From Octopus sinensis (taxonomy: Eukaryota), in assembly GCF_006345805.1 (NCBI RefSeq), contig NC_043002.1, positions 113,584,001-113,648,000 of the forward strand: DNA of 64,000 nucleotides, in the 5' to 3' direction. The translations under genes were made by a program, and so were the position numbers. The notes below the pieces were generated by a model. That model did no database searches, was not told the origin of the DNA, and saw only the letters and a list, made by a program, of their open reading frames with translations. This document shows positions 1 to 12,761 of the stretch, piece after piece. Each line of letters opens with the position of its first letter. The first letter of the stretch is position 1.

Positions 1-10
1 GTATGTATGT

Positions 11-50
<40 letters not shown>

Positions 51-505
51 ATATATGTATGTATGTATGTATGTGTTGGAGTTTGTGAATACCTGTGTAC
101 CTTGACGAGAATGCGTAGCTGAGAGAACAAAACTCTATCTACTTATTCTGCTTTTATAGCAAAAAATTTCTCATCCCCGCTATTAACAGCTCTTCTTTCA
201 AACCTCCGTTCACAACTAGGTTCTGTCTTGACAACAACGAGCTAATCGGAGTGTTTTCGAAAGCTCAGAGAAGCGGATAAAGCATACCGTTTGTTCACTC
301 GGCCAACATTTCAGCTTTCATCTCGTTCCCACTTTTTTCGATTCTTTTAACTCAAAAACAAAAGGATCTATCTCCTAGTTTCCCTTTCTGAATTATCGTA
401 CGTCAGTTTTAGGGGGTTTTGTTTTTCTTTTTTTACACCCGCCTCAACAACTACAATCACAAAACTCATTCGTACTTGGATTTCTGCACACCATTATATA
501 TATAA

Positions 506-735
506 GGCGGCGAGCTGGCAGAATCGTTAGCACGCCGGGCGAAATGCGTGGCCGTATTTCGTCTGCCGTTACGTTCTGAGTCCAAATTCCGCCGAGATCG
601 ACTTTGCCTTTCATCCTTTCGGGGTCGATAAATAAAGTACCAGTTACGCACTGGGGTCGATATAATCGACTTAATCCGTTTGTCTGTCCTTGTTTGTCCT
701 CTCTATGTTTAGCCCCTTGTGGGTAGTAAAGAAAT
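506..735 (+). mobile_element. tRNA-derived SINE, family A
   Basis: A/B-box-like head GGCGGCGAGCTGGCAG...GAGTTCAAATTCC and core GCCTTTCATCCTTTCGGGGTCGATAAA. Confidence 0.9.
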
Positions 736-1424
736 ATATATTTGCATGACCAAAAACATGAATGTTTTTCTTTTTATGATCTTCGTGGGACTTTGGTTAA
801 GCTCCCATCCTCTGCCCTCCATCTCTTACTTCGTCATCAGATAACAGCCTATCCTGTCGATTGGCTAGCATGCGATACATTACTCAAGGATCACACGCAG
901 ACCAGTAGTCCCCTTTCTCGTTGCTATAGACAGCGAGGGACGAGTAGCTTATCCATACTTGATCCTTAATTTGGATTAATGTAATTTTCCCACCACCACC
1001 ACCACCACCACCGCACAGTTCTTCAAAGGATACCTGCAGTCGTGTTTAAACACCTGTCTTTGTGACACTGATTCTCTGTCCCCACCTAAACCTGGGTTAC
1101 AGAGTATGCCAGAAGACCGTCTTGAGTGGGGAGGTTTTTTCCTTCTCGGCTACAACCTCAATTATTCTTTGGTGCTTCCGAAATAACCCTTCATATGCTA
1201 CATACTCTTTTACTTGTTTCAGTCATTTGACTGCGGCCATGCTGGAGCACTGCCTTTAGTCGAGCAAATCGACTCCAGAACTTATTCTTTGTAAGCCTAG
1301 TACTTATTCTATCTGTCTCTTTTGCCGAACCGCTAAGTTACGGCAACCTACACACACCAGCATCGGTTGTCAAACCATGTTGGGGGGGCAGACACGACAC
1401 ACAAACATATACACACACACATAC

Positions 1425-1468
<44 letters not shown>

Positions 1469-1476
<8 letters not shown>

Positions 1477-1773
1477 AATATTTTACATTACTCGGTAGTC
1501 AAGATAAACTCTGAGTTTCAGATGCCGAAGTGGAAATCCACAAACCACCTCTCTTCGGTTAAGTGGAAATCCACAACACCATCTCTTCGGTTATCAGGCT
1601 ATTAAATAGCCAGATAACCGAAGAGATGGTGTTGTGGATTTCCACTTCGGCATCTGAAACTCAGAGTTTTATCTTGACTACCGTAATGTAACATATTATT
1701 GTATAGATAATTTCCTCTATTTACATAATATTGAGGTCTCTTTCTTCTTTCTTTTGTTATCTTACCGTTTACC

Positions 1774-1775
<2 letters not shown>
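1469..1775 (+). mobile_element. Foldback element, probably a Penelope pLTR plus an inverted pLTR, carrying a hammerhead-like motif
   Basis: Near-perfect palindrome centred at 1604. Motif at 1612-1674. Inserted in the (TA)n of a SINE. Confidence 0.7.
1612..1674 (+). ncRNA. Type I minimal hammerhead-like motif (core CCGAAGA)
   Basis: Stem I AGATAA/TTATCT, stem II GATG/CATC plus an extra U, GAA, stem III ACTC-A-GAGT, N17 = U. Confidence 0.5.
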
Positions 1776-1830
<55 letters not shown>

Positions 1831-2020
1831 AATTTATATATATGACAGGCTTCTTTCAGTTTCCATCTACCAAATCCACTCACAAGGCTTTGGTCGCCCT
1901 GAGGCTCTAGTAGAAGACACTTGCCCAAGGTGCCACGCAGTTGGGATTGAACTCGGAACCATGTGGTTCATAAGCAAATAACTTACCACACAACCACTCC
2001 TACTCCTATACATGTCCAGT

Positions 2021-2120
2021 NNNNNNNNNNNNNNNNNNNNNNNNNNNNNNNNNNNNNNNNNNNNNNNNNNNNNNNNNNNNNNNNNNNNNNNNNNNNNNNN
2101 NNNNNNNNNNNNNNNNNNNN
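2021..2120. other. Assembly gap (100 N)
   Basis: Run of N. Confidence 1.
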
Positions 2121-2554
2121 GTCTCTGCAATTTCCCTCAAGTGCCTCTTAACAGACATCTTACATAATTTCAATTATTACACAGCATTCAGGTTCGTACT
2201 GCAATTCAAACCACATCATTCACTAATAGGCCAACCACAATTTTAAGATGTCTTTTAAATATCAAAATCAAATGAGTCACTCTTCAGATTTACACTTCAC
2301 ACTTGTAGAAATAGAATTGGAAGGTGATTAAAAGTGCTTGACTTTTGACCTGCTATGTCATGAGTTCATGTGTCACTTCTCAGGTTCTATCATCTTTTGT
2401 TTGTTTATTTTATTTTGCCTTTCGGCTGTTTTTGTTTTTTATTTTAAAGCTCCAGACTTAATGAAAATTAATTGCTGTTTAGCCCAGTGTCATCTCTGAT
2501 TGAGTAAGGACAGGATCAGTGACATTCCAGCCTATAACTTTTCCATTTACCCAA

Positions 2555-2980
2555 TACTCTTTTACTCTTTTACTTGTTTCAGTCATTTGACTGCGGCCAT
2601 GCTGGAGCACCGCCTTTAATCAAACAACTCAACCCCAGGACTTATTCTTTGTAAGCCCAGTACTTATTCTATCAGTCTCTTTTTGCCGAACCGCTAAGTG
2701 ACGGAGACATAAACACACCAGCATCAGTTGTCAAGCAATGCTAGGGGGACAAACACAGACACACAAACATACACACACACACACACATATAGATATATAT
2801 ATATATATACATATATAAGACGGGCTTCTTTCAGTTTCCGTCTACCAAATCCACTCACAAGGTTTGGTCGGCCTGAGGCTATAGCAGAAGACACTTGCCC
2901 AAGGTGCTACGCAGTGGTACTGAAACCCGGAACCATGTGGCTGGTAAAGCAAGCTACTTACCACACAGCTACTCCTGCGC
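2555..2980 (-). mobile_element. SINE family B
   Basis: Full length, (GAGTAAAA)n tail. Confidence 0.9.
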
Positions 2981-3599
2981 TATGTACGTTTCTTTCTTTT
3001 ATGGCATAGGATTTGATTTGAGGGTCAACTAACTGAGAGCTATTTTGACTGAGTACAGTGAAATGGAACTATTTCCTGAAAAGTATTAAGACCCACCTCA
3101 TCCCATGTCGTAGTTGTATAAATTGATGGCTAGAGGAGACCATTTGTGTCCTTCTCACTCAACCTCCTCCTTTCCCCACCTTTACTACTTGTCATTACCC
3201 CATATTGAGTGTACTTTTATCAATCTACCCCTACTACTCATCCCCTTTATCACTGTCATTCATGCATCTATCACTCATGCTCCCTAATCTATGAAGAAGC
3301 TAGCCAGTAGGCAGTGACATAAGGTTGTGAGGTTCCGTTAGTTTTGTTGAGGACGTGGCTACTTTTCTGGTGCTGGTGTCACAAAAAAAAAGAAAAACCA
3401 CAGCCAATACACAATATTATGTGTGAGGTTGTGAGGACTCTTTGATTTTTTTGAGGGCAAAACACCTCTTCAGTGCTGGTACCATAAAAAAAGGCACCAA
3501 GTACATTCCATAAAGTAGATGGTGTAATGAAGTGCATCCAACTATCCAATTAATGCCAGCATGGACAGCAGACATATAATATAATGATGATGATGATGA

Positions 3600-3600
<1 letters not shown>

Positions 3601-3632
<32 letters not shown>

Positions 3633-3656
3633 CATAATATATATTATATATATACA

Positions 3657-3694
<38 letters not shown>

Positions 3695-3820
3695 TATATA
3701 GTATATTATACATTATATATAGTATATATATACATATATATATATAGTATATATTATATATATATAGTATAATATATATATATATATAGTAGTATATATA
3801 TATATATAGATATAGATATA

Positions 3821-3851
<31 letters not shown>

Positions 3852-3969
3852 TATATATATACATATATATAATAGTATATATATATATATATAGTATATA
3901 TATACATATAATAGTATAGTATATATATATATATAATGTATATATAATATATACATATTATATATATAG

Positions 3970-4002
<33 letters not shown>

Positions 4003-4232
4003 TATATATCTAGTATATATTACATTATATATAGTATATATATATATATGTATATATATATATGTATATACATATATATATTATAGTATATATATATATA
4101 TACATATATATATTATAGTATAATATACATATATATATATAGTATATATATATATGTATATATATATATGTATATATATAATATATATATAGTATATATA
4201 TATATAATATATATATGTATATATATATATAT

Positions 4233-4289
<57 letters not shown>

Positions 4290-4330
4290 GTACATATGTG
4301 TGTGTATATATATATGTGTATGTGTGTGTT
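3601..4330. repeat. Long degenerate (TA)n / TATAG microsatellite
   Basis: Visible directly. Similar tracts at 6190-6420, 7970-8290, 16465-16750, 17225-17615, 30595-30805 and 36415-36700. Confidence 0.95.
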
Positions 4331-4624
4331 TTGGTCCTTTAATGCGATATGTGGAGCAAAAGGAACTAAGTTAAGCTAGCTTATTGATCCCTATTCAATG
4401 AAAACATTTTACCTTGGAGATGGCATAAAGAAATGACACTTAACTCACCAATTTACATCAGTATATCAGACACTCTTACAAACAGATAAATATGTATGGA
4501 TATGGTATATACACATGATGCTGTTGTTCTTGTTTAAGAGACTCAACGAAAGTTATTAACTGAATGGCAGTAGTTTGCATGTTATTGATAAAAGATTTCA
4601 GCATGTCTCTTTGGGTGTGAACCA

Positions 4625-4790
4625 CTGTTCCAAATGGGACCATCCTATCAAATTGTTCCAGCTTTGGCCATCCCATCAAACAGTGTCCTAACTGTGGCCA
4701 TTCCATCAAATAGTATGCCGGCTGTGGTAATCCCATCAGACTGTTCCAGCCTTAGCCATTCTATCAGTATTTTGACTGTGACCATCTGAT
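4625..4790. repeat. Degenerate minisatellite, unit about 29-30 bp
   Basis: Recurrent CCATCCCATCAAA..TGTTCCAGC units. Confidence 0.65.
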
Positions 4791-6243
4791 CAATATCTTA
4801 TATACTTTTGGGGTCTGGCCTCAACAAAAACTGAATTTGTGCTCTATTATTTCATATTCAGCATTCATTGTGTATTGTCTTATTAAGGCAGTAAGCTGAC
4901 ATAATCGCTAGCACATTGGACAACATGCTCATTACATTCTGAGTTCAAATAATGCTGAGGTCAGCTTTTCTTTTCATCCTTTAAAGGTCGACAATAAATA
5001 CCAGCCAAGTACTGGGGTCAGTACAGTCAACTTTCCATTGCTCTCAAAATAACTGGCCTTGTATCAAGATTAGAAAGAATTATGTATTGTCTTATCAGAT
5101 AACAAACAATAGATAGGTCAAGAGAGAATCATCAAGGGTTGTGCTCAGTGTCTCAGTTGACTTTAATTTACCCTGACTGAGCAGATAAAAGGTAGCCTTT
5201 TTCATTGGTTCGTTGTCTATTCATATGATGGAACTTGCTGTCTTGTAATTTAGAAGTTGCTGTTTAGCTCCAAGTCAATCCTGATCAAGCAGTCCTGTGA
5301 GCAAAGGTATCCCAACCTTGTTTACCTCACCTATTTATGGACATATCCAGGATGGATGTCATCCAATATGTCCTTTCTTTAGTTGACACAAATTTATAGT
5401 TTTAACCTGTAGACAGTGGGACCTTACTTAAAAAGATATTTGGCTTGCACTCTGAGTATAAGGGGAGTATCTAGACAGAAGATCCACTCACTGGCTCAAA
5501 TAATCAATCAGGTATATGATACCGTAGGGAAACAGATCCAGCAAACCTATGATCATATGCGTTTCATCCATGACCATCTCTTTTTTCTTTTTCAGAATAG
5601 TATATTTAGGATTACATTATCTAATGTGTCTTTCCTTTTTCAAAACAGTTGAGTGTGATACATGAAATGTGCTGCTACTTCTAGTAGGTTAAACAATCAT
5701 TTAAAAACTCCATCATCAGCTCAGCATGTGAATGAAAAAGATAATATTTTATATGAATCTTAAATTGATATCTTAAAGAAGAGAAAATAGTTCTTGGGTG
5801 GCCTAAAGAAAAGAATCTCACACAAATTGTAACCCACAGAATCTGAAATGCAGATAAAGTTTCAAGTCACAATGAAAACTATTGGGGAAACTGGGAAAGA
5901 GAAAATCTAAATGCCAGACATGGTATAGCTATTATAAATATGATAAGCAGATGAACGGGTTGGGATCATTGATAAAATGTCATCAAAACAAAGTTGATTT
6001 TAATAATTTTGCCACTACAACTGGTAATGACATGCACAGGCGTGGTTATGTGACTAAGAAGTTCACTTTGCAGCCACTTAGTTTTTGGATCAGTCTCACT
6101 ACGTGGCACCTTGAGCAAGTATCTTCTACTATACCTTTGGGCCAGCCAGTGCTTTGTGAGTGAATTTGGTAGACAGAATCTCCACCCTATATATTATATT
6201 ATATATATGTGTGTGTGTGTGTGTGTATATATATGTATGTATG

Positions 6244-6304
<61 letters not shown>

Positions 6305-6863
6305 ATATATATATATGTGGGTGTGTGTGTATATATATATGTATGTATATATACATATATATATACACACATATATATATACATATAAATACACACACAC
6401 ACACATATATATATATATCTTCTCTTCTCATGTGACCGCTCGCCAACTATAGCCCTTTCGCTTTGGACCAGTGCCACGATAACACCGCTTTCTTCGTCTA
6501 TTTTTCAAATACGCCAGCTGAGTTCAATTCGTCTAAGTCAAAAGACGCCTTTTGTTATATCCTGTTAATATTATTATTATTGTTTTTTTTATATTCATAT
6601 TATTTTTTGTTTTTTGTATTTATATTCATGTAACATCGTCCGTTTTTCTGTCCTTGTTTCATATACATTCGATCTTTTTCCAAGGAATCTAATGCTCTTA
6701 CCTTAGTTTGTCCTTGGTGCTGGCCAGATTGGAGCAATCTCAAGATTAATCATCCAAAATTGCGAGGATGATCCGGTTCTTGACTGAAGATTAGAGGCTT
6801 TGAATGATCCGTCCGTGTTTTTGCATCGTCTATTTGAATGTTTTGCGTTCTTGTCCCATTTTG

Positions 6864-6910
<47 letters not shown>

Positions 6911-6981
6911 GCACACACACACATGTACATATTATTCAACGTACACATGTACACAGTATATAGTTATTAACTACTAATGTA

Positions 6982-7090
6982 GTTTCATACATTGGAGATG
7001 TTGTCTAGGAAGGCCTTAATTAGAAGATTGCTTGGAAATACTAGGCATATTATTAAAACCTGCCTAGAAAATATCTCCAATGTATGAAAC
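6982..7090. mobile_element. Small MITE-like inverted repeat
   Basis: Perfect 18-bp IR GTTTCATACATTGGAGAT. No clear TSD. Confidence 0.45.
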
Positions 7091-7206
7091 AGTAGCTCAT
7101 AGTTATATACTGTGTACATTAAACAATATTTTTCTCTCACTTAATGGAGTTCATTTGGCTGATCTTACCTTCATGGAAGAGTAAACTATATATCTATATA
7201 TATATA

Positions 7207-7800
7207 TGGACAAAATAATGGAAACGCCTTAAAATTTCAAATTTCTTTTAATATGGTGTAGGGCCACATTTGGCAGTAATTACAGCTTGAATTCTATGAG
7301 GTATGGACTCGTTTCAATTGGAATATTTGTCCATTCTTCAGCTAAAACAGTCTCCAGTTCTTGTAGTGATGATGGTGGAAGATATCAACTCCTTACTTGT
7401 TTTTCGAAAATGCACCATAAATGTTCAATAATATTGAGATCTGGGGACTGTGGTGGCCAGATAAGATGTTCAACTTCACTAGAATGTTCCTCGTGCCATT
7501 CAGTAACAACTTTAGCTGTGTGAATTGGTGCATTATCATCCTGAAAGATTGCATCTCCCTCCAGAAACAGTTCCGCAACCATAGGATGAATTTGACTATT
7601 GATTCTGCCATGAAGGGAAACCATTGGGCCGGCAGATTTCCAAGATATAGCCTCCCCTCCCCAGACCATCACAGATCCTCATCCATGTTTAACAGTTGGA
7701 AGAAGTCTGGGTCAAATGCTTCTTTTGGCTGTCTCCACATGTATACTCGACCGGTGATGGAAGATAAGGTAAAGAATGACTCATCCAAGAAAATAACATT
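7207..7800 (-). mobile_element. Truncated Tc1 copy of the same family
   Basis: FQDDNAPIH...WPPQSPDLNIIEHLW. Homologous to 15095-15680. Confidence 0.9.
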
Positions 7801-7990
7801 TTACCTTGGAGATGGCATAAAGAAATGACACTTAACTCACCAATTTACATCAGTATATCAGACACTCTTACAAACAGATAAATATGTATGGATATGGTAT
7901 ATACACATGATGCTGTTGTTCTTGTTTAAGAGACTCAACGAAAGTTATTAACTGAATGGCAGTAGTTTGCCATATATATATATATGTATG

Positions 7991-8021
<31 letters not shown>

Positions 8022-8048
8022 GTATATATATATATATATGTGTGTATA

Positions 8049-8092
<44 letters not shown>

Positions 8093-8292
8093 GATGTATA
8101 TATATATATGTATATATATGTATTATAATATATATATGTATATATATGTATGATATATATATATATGTATTTATATATGTATGTATATGTATGTATATAT
8201 GTATGAATATGTATGTATATATGTATGTATATATGTAGGTATTATAGATGTATGTATTATGTGTATATATATATATATAATTATATATATAT

Positions 8293-8560
8293 CATCATCA
8301 TCATCATCATCATCGTTTAACGTCCGCTTTCCGCGCTAGCACGGGTTGGACGGTTTGACCGGGTCTGGGAAGCCAGGGGCCGCTCCAGGCTCCAGTCTGA
8401 ATCTGGCAGAGTTTCTACGGCTGGATGCCCTTCCTAACGCCAACCACTCCGTGAGTGGATTGGGTGCTTTTTACGTGCCACCTGCACAGGGGCCGGAGGG
8501 TCCGGCATCGTCACGATCGGATTCGAGCATTTTAACGTGTCAGCGGCACGGGGGCAACGA
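8293..8560 (-). mobile_element. RTE 3'-UTR-only copy
   Basis: GGTTGGCGTTAGGAAGGGCATCCAGCC...(GAT)n module. Confidence 0.85.
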
Positions 8561-9026
8561 GGTCACGGGGTACTTTGGGGATTGGGGTATTTGGGGATCC
8601 GGATCCGGGGTACTTTGGGGATCCGGGGGGGGTACTTAGAATGGGTTAGGGGGTACGGTGGGGGTACTTAGAATGGGTAGGGGGTGGTACTTAGAATGGG
8701 TAGGTGACGAGGCGGGAGGGTACTAAAAGGGGATGGTCGGATTGAGGCAGTGTCAGGAGGAAGCGTAAGATCGGTGGGCAGTTGATGAGCTATGGCGCTA
8801 GCAGCTTGTCTTAAGCATATGAGGAGAAGTGGTAGGTAGTGGGAGGAGGAGGAGGGAGTAGGGCGTACCCAGTGTAGATGAGTAAGGTGTATCCGGGTTG
8901 TAGATAGAGAGAACGGGGTATACTGGTATTGGTGGTGGGGGGGGTGAGAACAGTGTTGAAACGGTATTGGGGTGGGGTGAGAACAAGTGTTCAACGGTAT
9001 GGTGGTGGGGGTGGGGGGGCGGGCGC

Positions 9027-9783
9027 ACCGCCAATGACTGAAAGATGGGAAAAAGATGGGATTACGGCTTGAGGCAGCCTGCGGTTAAATATTGTAGAGA
9101 GAGAGATAGGAAGATAAATCAAGTTATGGCGAAGGCTTGAAAGTATCTTAAAAAAAGGTTAAATTTTCGTAACAGTGTATGAATAAACGTATTAACAACG
9201 AATAAAAAATATAGTAAGATAAATTTTTTAAGAACTTGCTGCGGTCATCGAGCGGGAGTTGAAATTGAAGAAGAAATAGTTGAACTGGGAATTTAAATTG
9301 CAGAATCGTAATAGTAATAGTAATGGCGGTTTTCAAGTTTTAGCATATGAAGAAGAAGAGGAGGAAAAAGAAGACCGCCAATGACTGAAAGATGGGAAAA
9401 AAGAGGGATTACGGCTTGAGGCAGCCTGCGGTTAAATATTGTAGAGAGAGAGATAGGAAGATAAATCAAGTTATGGCGAAGGCTTGAAAGTAGTATCTTA
9501 AAAAAGGTTAAATTTTCGTAACAGTGTATGAATAAACGTATTAACAACGAATAAAAAATATAGTAAGATAAATTTTTAAGAACTTGCTGCGGTTCATCGA
9601 GCGGGAGTTGAAATTGAAGAAGAAAGTAGTTGAACTGGGAATTTAAATTGCAGAATCGTAATAGTAATAGTAATGGCGGTTTTCAAGTTTTAGCATATGA
9701 AGAAGAGAGAGGAGGAAAAAGAAGACCGCCAATGACTGAAAGATGGGAAAAAGATGGGATTACGGCTTGAGGCAGCCTGCGGT
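9027..9783. repeat. Tandem repeat, unit about 350 bp, 2.2 copies
   Basis: Units start at 9027, 9374 and 9725 (ACCGCCAATGACTGAAAG) and differ mostly by small indels. Confidence 0.92.
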
Positions 9784-9789
9784 ATACAT

Positions 9790-10730
9790 ATTATCATCAT
9801 CATCATCATTATCGTTTAACGTCCGCTTTCCATGCTAGCATGGGTTGGACAGTTCAACTGGGCTCTGGGAAGCCCGAAGGCTGCACCAGACCAGTCAGAT
9901 CTGGCAGTGTTTCTACAGCTGGATGCCCTTCCTAACGCCAACCACCCCGTGAGTGTAGTGGGTGCTTTTTACGTGCCACCGGCACGGAGGCCAGGCGAGG
10001 TTGCCAACGGCCACAATTGGATGGTGTTTGTTACGTGCCACCGGCACAGAGGCCAGTCGATGAGGTGCTGGCTCCGGCCACGTTCGGATGGTTCTCTTGT
10101 GTGCCACCAGCACTGGTACCACAACTACAAATTCCATTGATGTTGATCGATTTCAATTTTGATTTGATTTTTTGATTTTCACTTGCCTCAACAGGTCTTC
10201 ACAAGGTAGAGTTATGTGTCCCGAGAAGGAAGGTATGCACAGGTGGACTGACTACGTCCCAGATAGAGGCCACGGGTTATGGCCTCACTTGTCCTGCCGG
10301 GTCTTCTCATGCACAGCATACTTCCAAAGGTCTTGGTTTCTGGTCATTTCCTTGGTGAGACCTAAAGAACGAAGGTCGTGCTTCACCACCTCGTCCCAGG
10401 TTTTCCTGGGTCTACCTCTTCCACAGGTTCCCTCAACCGCTAGGGTGTGGCACTTTTTCACACAACTATCTTCATCCATTCTTACCACGTGTCCATACCA
10501 GCGTAGACGTCTCTCTTGCACACCACATCTGATGCTTCTTAGATCCAACCTTTCTCTCAAGGCACTTACACTCTGTCGGGTATGAACACTGACATTACAC
10601 ATCCATCAGAGCATACTGGCTTCATTTCTTGCAAGCTTACGCATATCCTCAGCAGTCATGGCCCATGTTTCACTGCCATGTAGCATGGCTGTTCGTACAC
10701 ATGTGTCATACAGTCTGCCTTTTATTCTGA
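9790..10730 (-). mobile_element. 5'-truncated RTE LINE: ORF C-terminus plus 3' UTR with (GAT)n tail
   Basis: LHGSETWA and RRLRWYGHVVRM...GRGRPRKTW motifs, then the 3' UTR module found as short copies elsewhere. Confidence 0.9.
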
Positions 10731-11320
10731 GCAAGTATATATATATATATATAGGTATGTATATGTGTATTTGTGTATATGTTTGTACCTGTTTTTGTCC
10801 CTACCTCCACTACTTGACCAGAAGAGTTGGCAGTTTTACAAAAGTGAATGATAGAATAAGTACCAGGCTTAACAAAATATGTGCTGAGGTCAATATGACA
10901 GAAATCCTTCAAAACAGGGCCCCACCATGGCCACAACCTAACAACTGAAACAAATAAAAGATTAAAAAAATATAAAGTGTATGAATTTGTAGCCTAATTT
11001 CACTTTCAAGTAGCATTTCTTTTCTTTCTTTATAAGTAAGTCCTCATTTAAGTTTCCATGATTTTCTCTACAATGGTTGTGAACCAGCAGAGTTGTTTCA
11101 GTGTCAGAATCTATTCCTGAATTTGTTCCCCTTCACTGCAGCCTGAATTAAAATCTCTATGCAAGGGCTGCATTCACATTTTACCCTGGAGAGGATACAA
11201 AGAAATACAACCTAATGCACCAATTTAATTTTCCAGGTGCAACAAAACATAAATCATATACCAAGTTCAGAAATGATTAACGGTTCTGGTGATAGCAAAG
11301 GATGGTTATTTTGAATTGTA

Positions 11321-12112
11321 GGCACAGGAATGGCTGTGTGGTAAGTAGCTTACTTACCAACTACATGATTCCAGGTCCAGTCCCACTGTGTAGCACCCCG
11401 AGCAAGTGTCTTCTACTATAGCCTCAGGCCAACAAAAGCCTTGTGAGTGGATTTGGTAGATGGAAACTGAAAGAAACCCATCGTATATATATGTGTGTGT
11501 GTTTGTGTATCTGTGTTTGTCCCCCAACATCATATGACAACCGATGTTGGTGTGCTTATGTCCCCTGTAACTTAGCAGTTCAGCAAAAAAAGGATCCAAT
11601 AGAATAAGTACTAAGCTTACAAAAAATAAGTCCTTGGTTGATTTGTTTGACTAAAAGGTAGTGCTCCAGCATGGCTGCAGTCAAATGACTGAAACAGATA
11701 AAAGAATAAAAGAAAAAAGAATATGACAAATATTGATTTCAAATTTTGTCACAAGGTCAACAAGTTCAAGGGAGCAGGCAAGTCGATTGACTCTGGCACC
11801 AAACTGGTACTTATTTTGTCGACTCCAAAAGGATGAAAAGCAAAGTCAACCTTTACAAGAAGCCCGTCGTACAAATATATATATATATATATGCGTGTGT
11901 ATGTTTGTGTGTCTGTGTTTGTCCTCTAGCATTGCTTGACAACCAATGCTGGTGTGTTTACGTCCCCGTCACTTAGCGGTTCGGCAAAAGAGTCCAATAG
12001 AATAAGTACTGGGCTTACAAAGAATAAGTCCTGGGGTCAATTTGCTCGACTAAAGGTGGTGCTCCAGCATGGCCGCAGTCAAATGACTGAAACAAGTAAA
12101 AGAGTAAAAGAG
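11321..12112 (+). mobile_element. SINE family B: one diverged full copy (11321-11715) and one 3' half (11860-12112)
   Basis: Homology to family B. Confidence 0.8.
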
Positions 12113-12527
12113 TATGCATTTATATGTACACACCCTGTCTACTCCTCTATATCATCTCTCTTATATTCAGATTCCTGTAACTTGAGGACAACCCTGATGC
12201 ATCTTTACCACTATCTCTCTTTTCCAATGTGGATAACCATGTATTTCCCCTAAAATAATAGACCTGTAACTGTCCTTCTGTCATACTTTAATCTCCTGTC
12301 ACTAAGCATAAATCCATACTACAACCCTTCCTTGCCCCACTCTCACTTGGTGGGGGTCTGGCCTTGCAAGCTATTTGGTGACCTCACTTGTAAGAATCCT
12401 TCAAGGCAGTGGGTTAACAGAACTGCCAGTGTCTCAGAGAGGACGCTGTGTAGTATTTGTTCAGGTTTTGATGGCAAACCTGCAAAGTTGTACGGCCCTT
12501 ACCTTTTCTCTTAGGCCACATTATCTG

Positions 12528-12761
12528 TATTTCTTTATTGCCCACAAGGGGCTAAACATAGAGGGGACAAACAAGGACAGACAAAAGGATTAAGTCAATT
12601 ACATCGACTCTAGTGCATAACTGGTACTTAATTTATCGACCCTGAAAGGATGAAAGGTAAAGTTGACCTCAGCGGAATTTGAACTCAGAAAGCAGTGGCG
12701 GACAAAATACGACAAAGCATTTCGTCCGGCGTGCTAATGTTTCTGCCAGCTCACCGCCTTA
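12528..12761 (-). mobile_element. SINE family A
   Basis: Homology to family A. TSD AGGCCACATTAT. Confidence 0.9.

Larger units (their letters stand above)
1203..2010 (-). mobile_element. tRNA-derived SINE family B, split by the foldback element in its central (TA)n
   Basis: 3' half at 1203-1420, 5' half at 1845-2010. CORE-like CCTTGGGCAAGT motif. Confidence 0.88.

Noticed and set aside
3417-4374. Many Tyr/Ile/His/Thr-rich ORFs here and at other (TA)n, (TG)n and (TAA)n tracts
   Set aside because: Microsatellite translations with no splice or coding signal.
6420-6870. Repeat-like insert with CTGAAGA at 6783
   Set aside because: No convincing stem II, GAAA or stem I. Possibly PLE-related but unsupported.
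11175-11227. Diverged homologue of 4403-4455 with a minus-strand G|GTAAAA donor-like site
   Set aside because: The shared frame has an upstream stop. More likely an old repeat than paralogous exons.
11936-12253. Recurrent ORFs MTTDAGVFTSPSLSG..., MSSNARGT..., MDGLTG...
   Set aside because: Read-throughs of SINE or RTE-UTR consensus sequence. They recur because the repeats recur.
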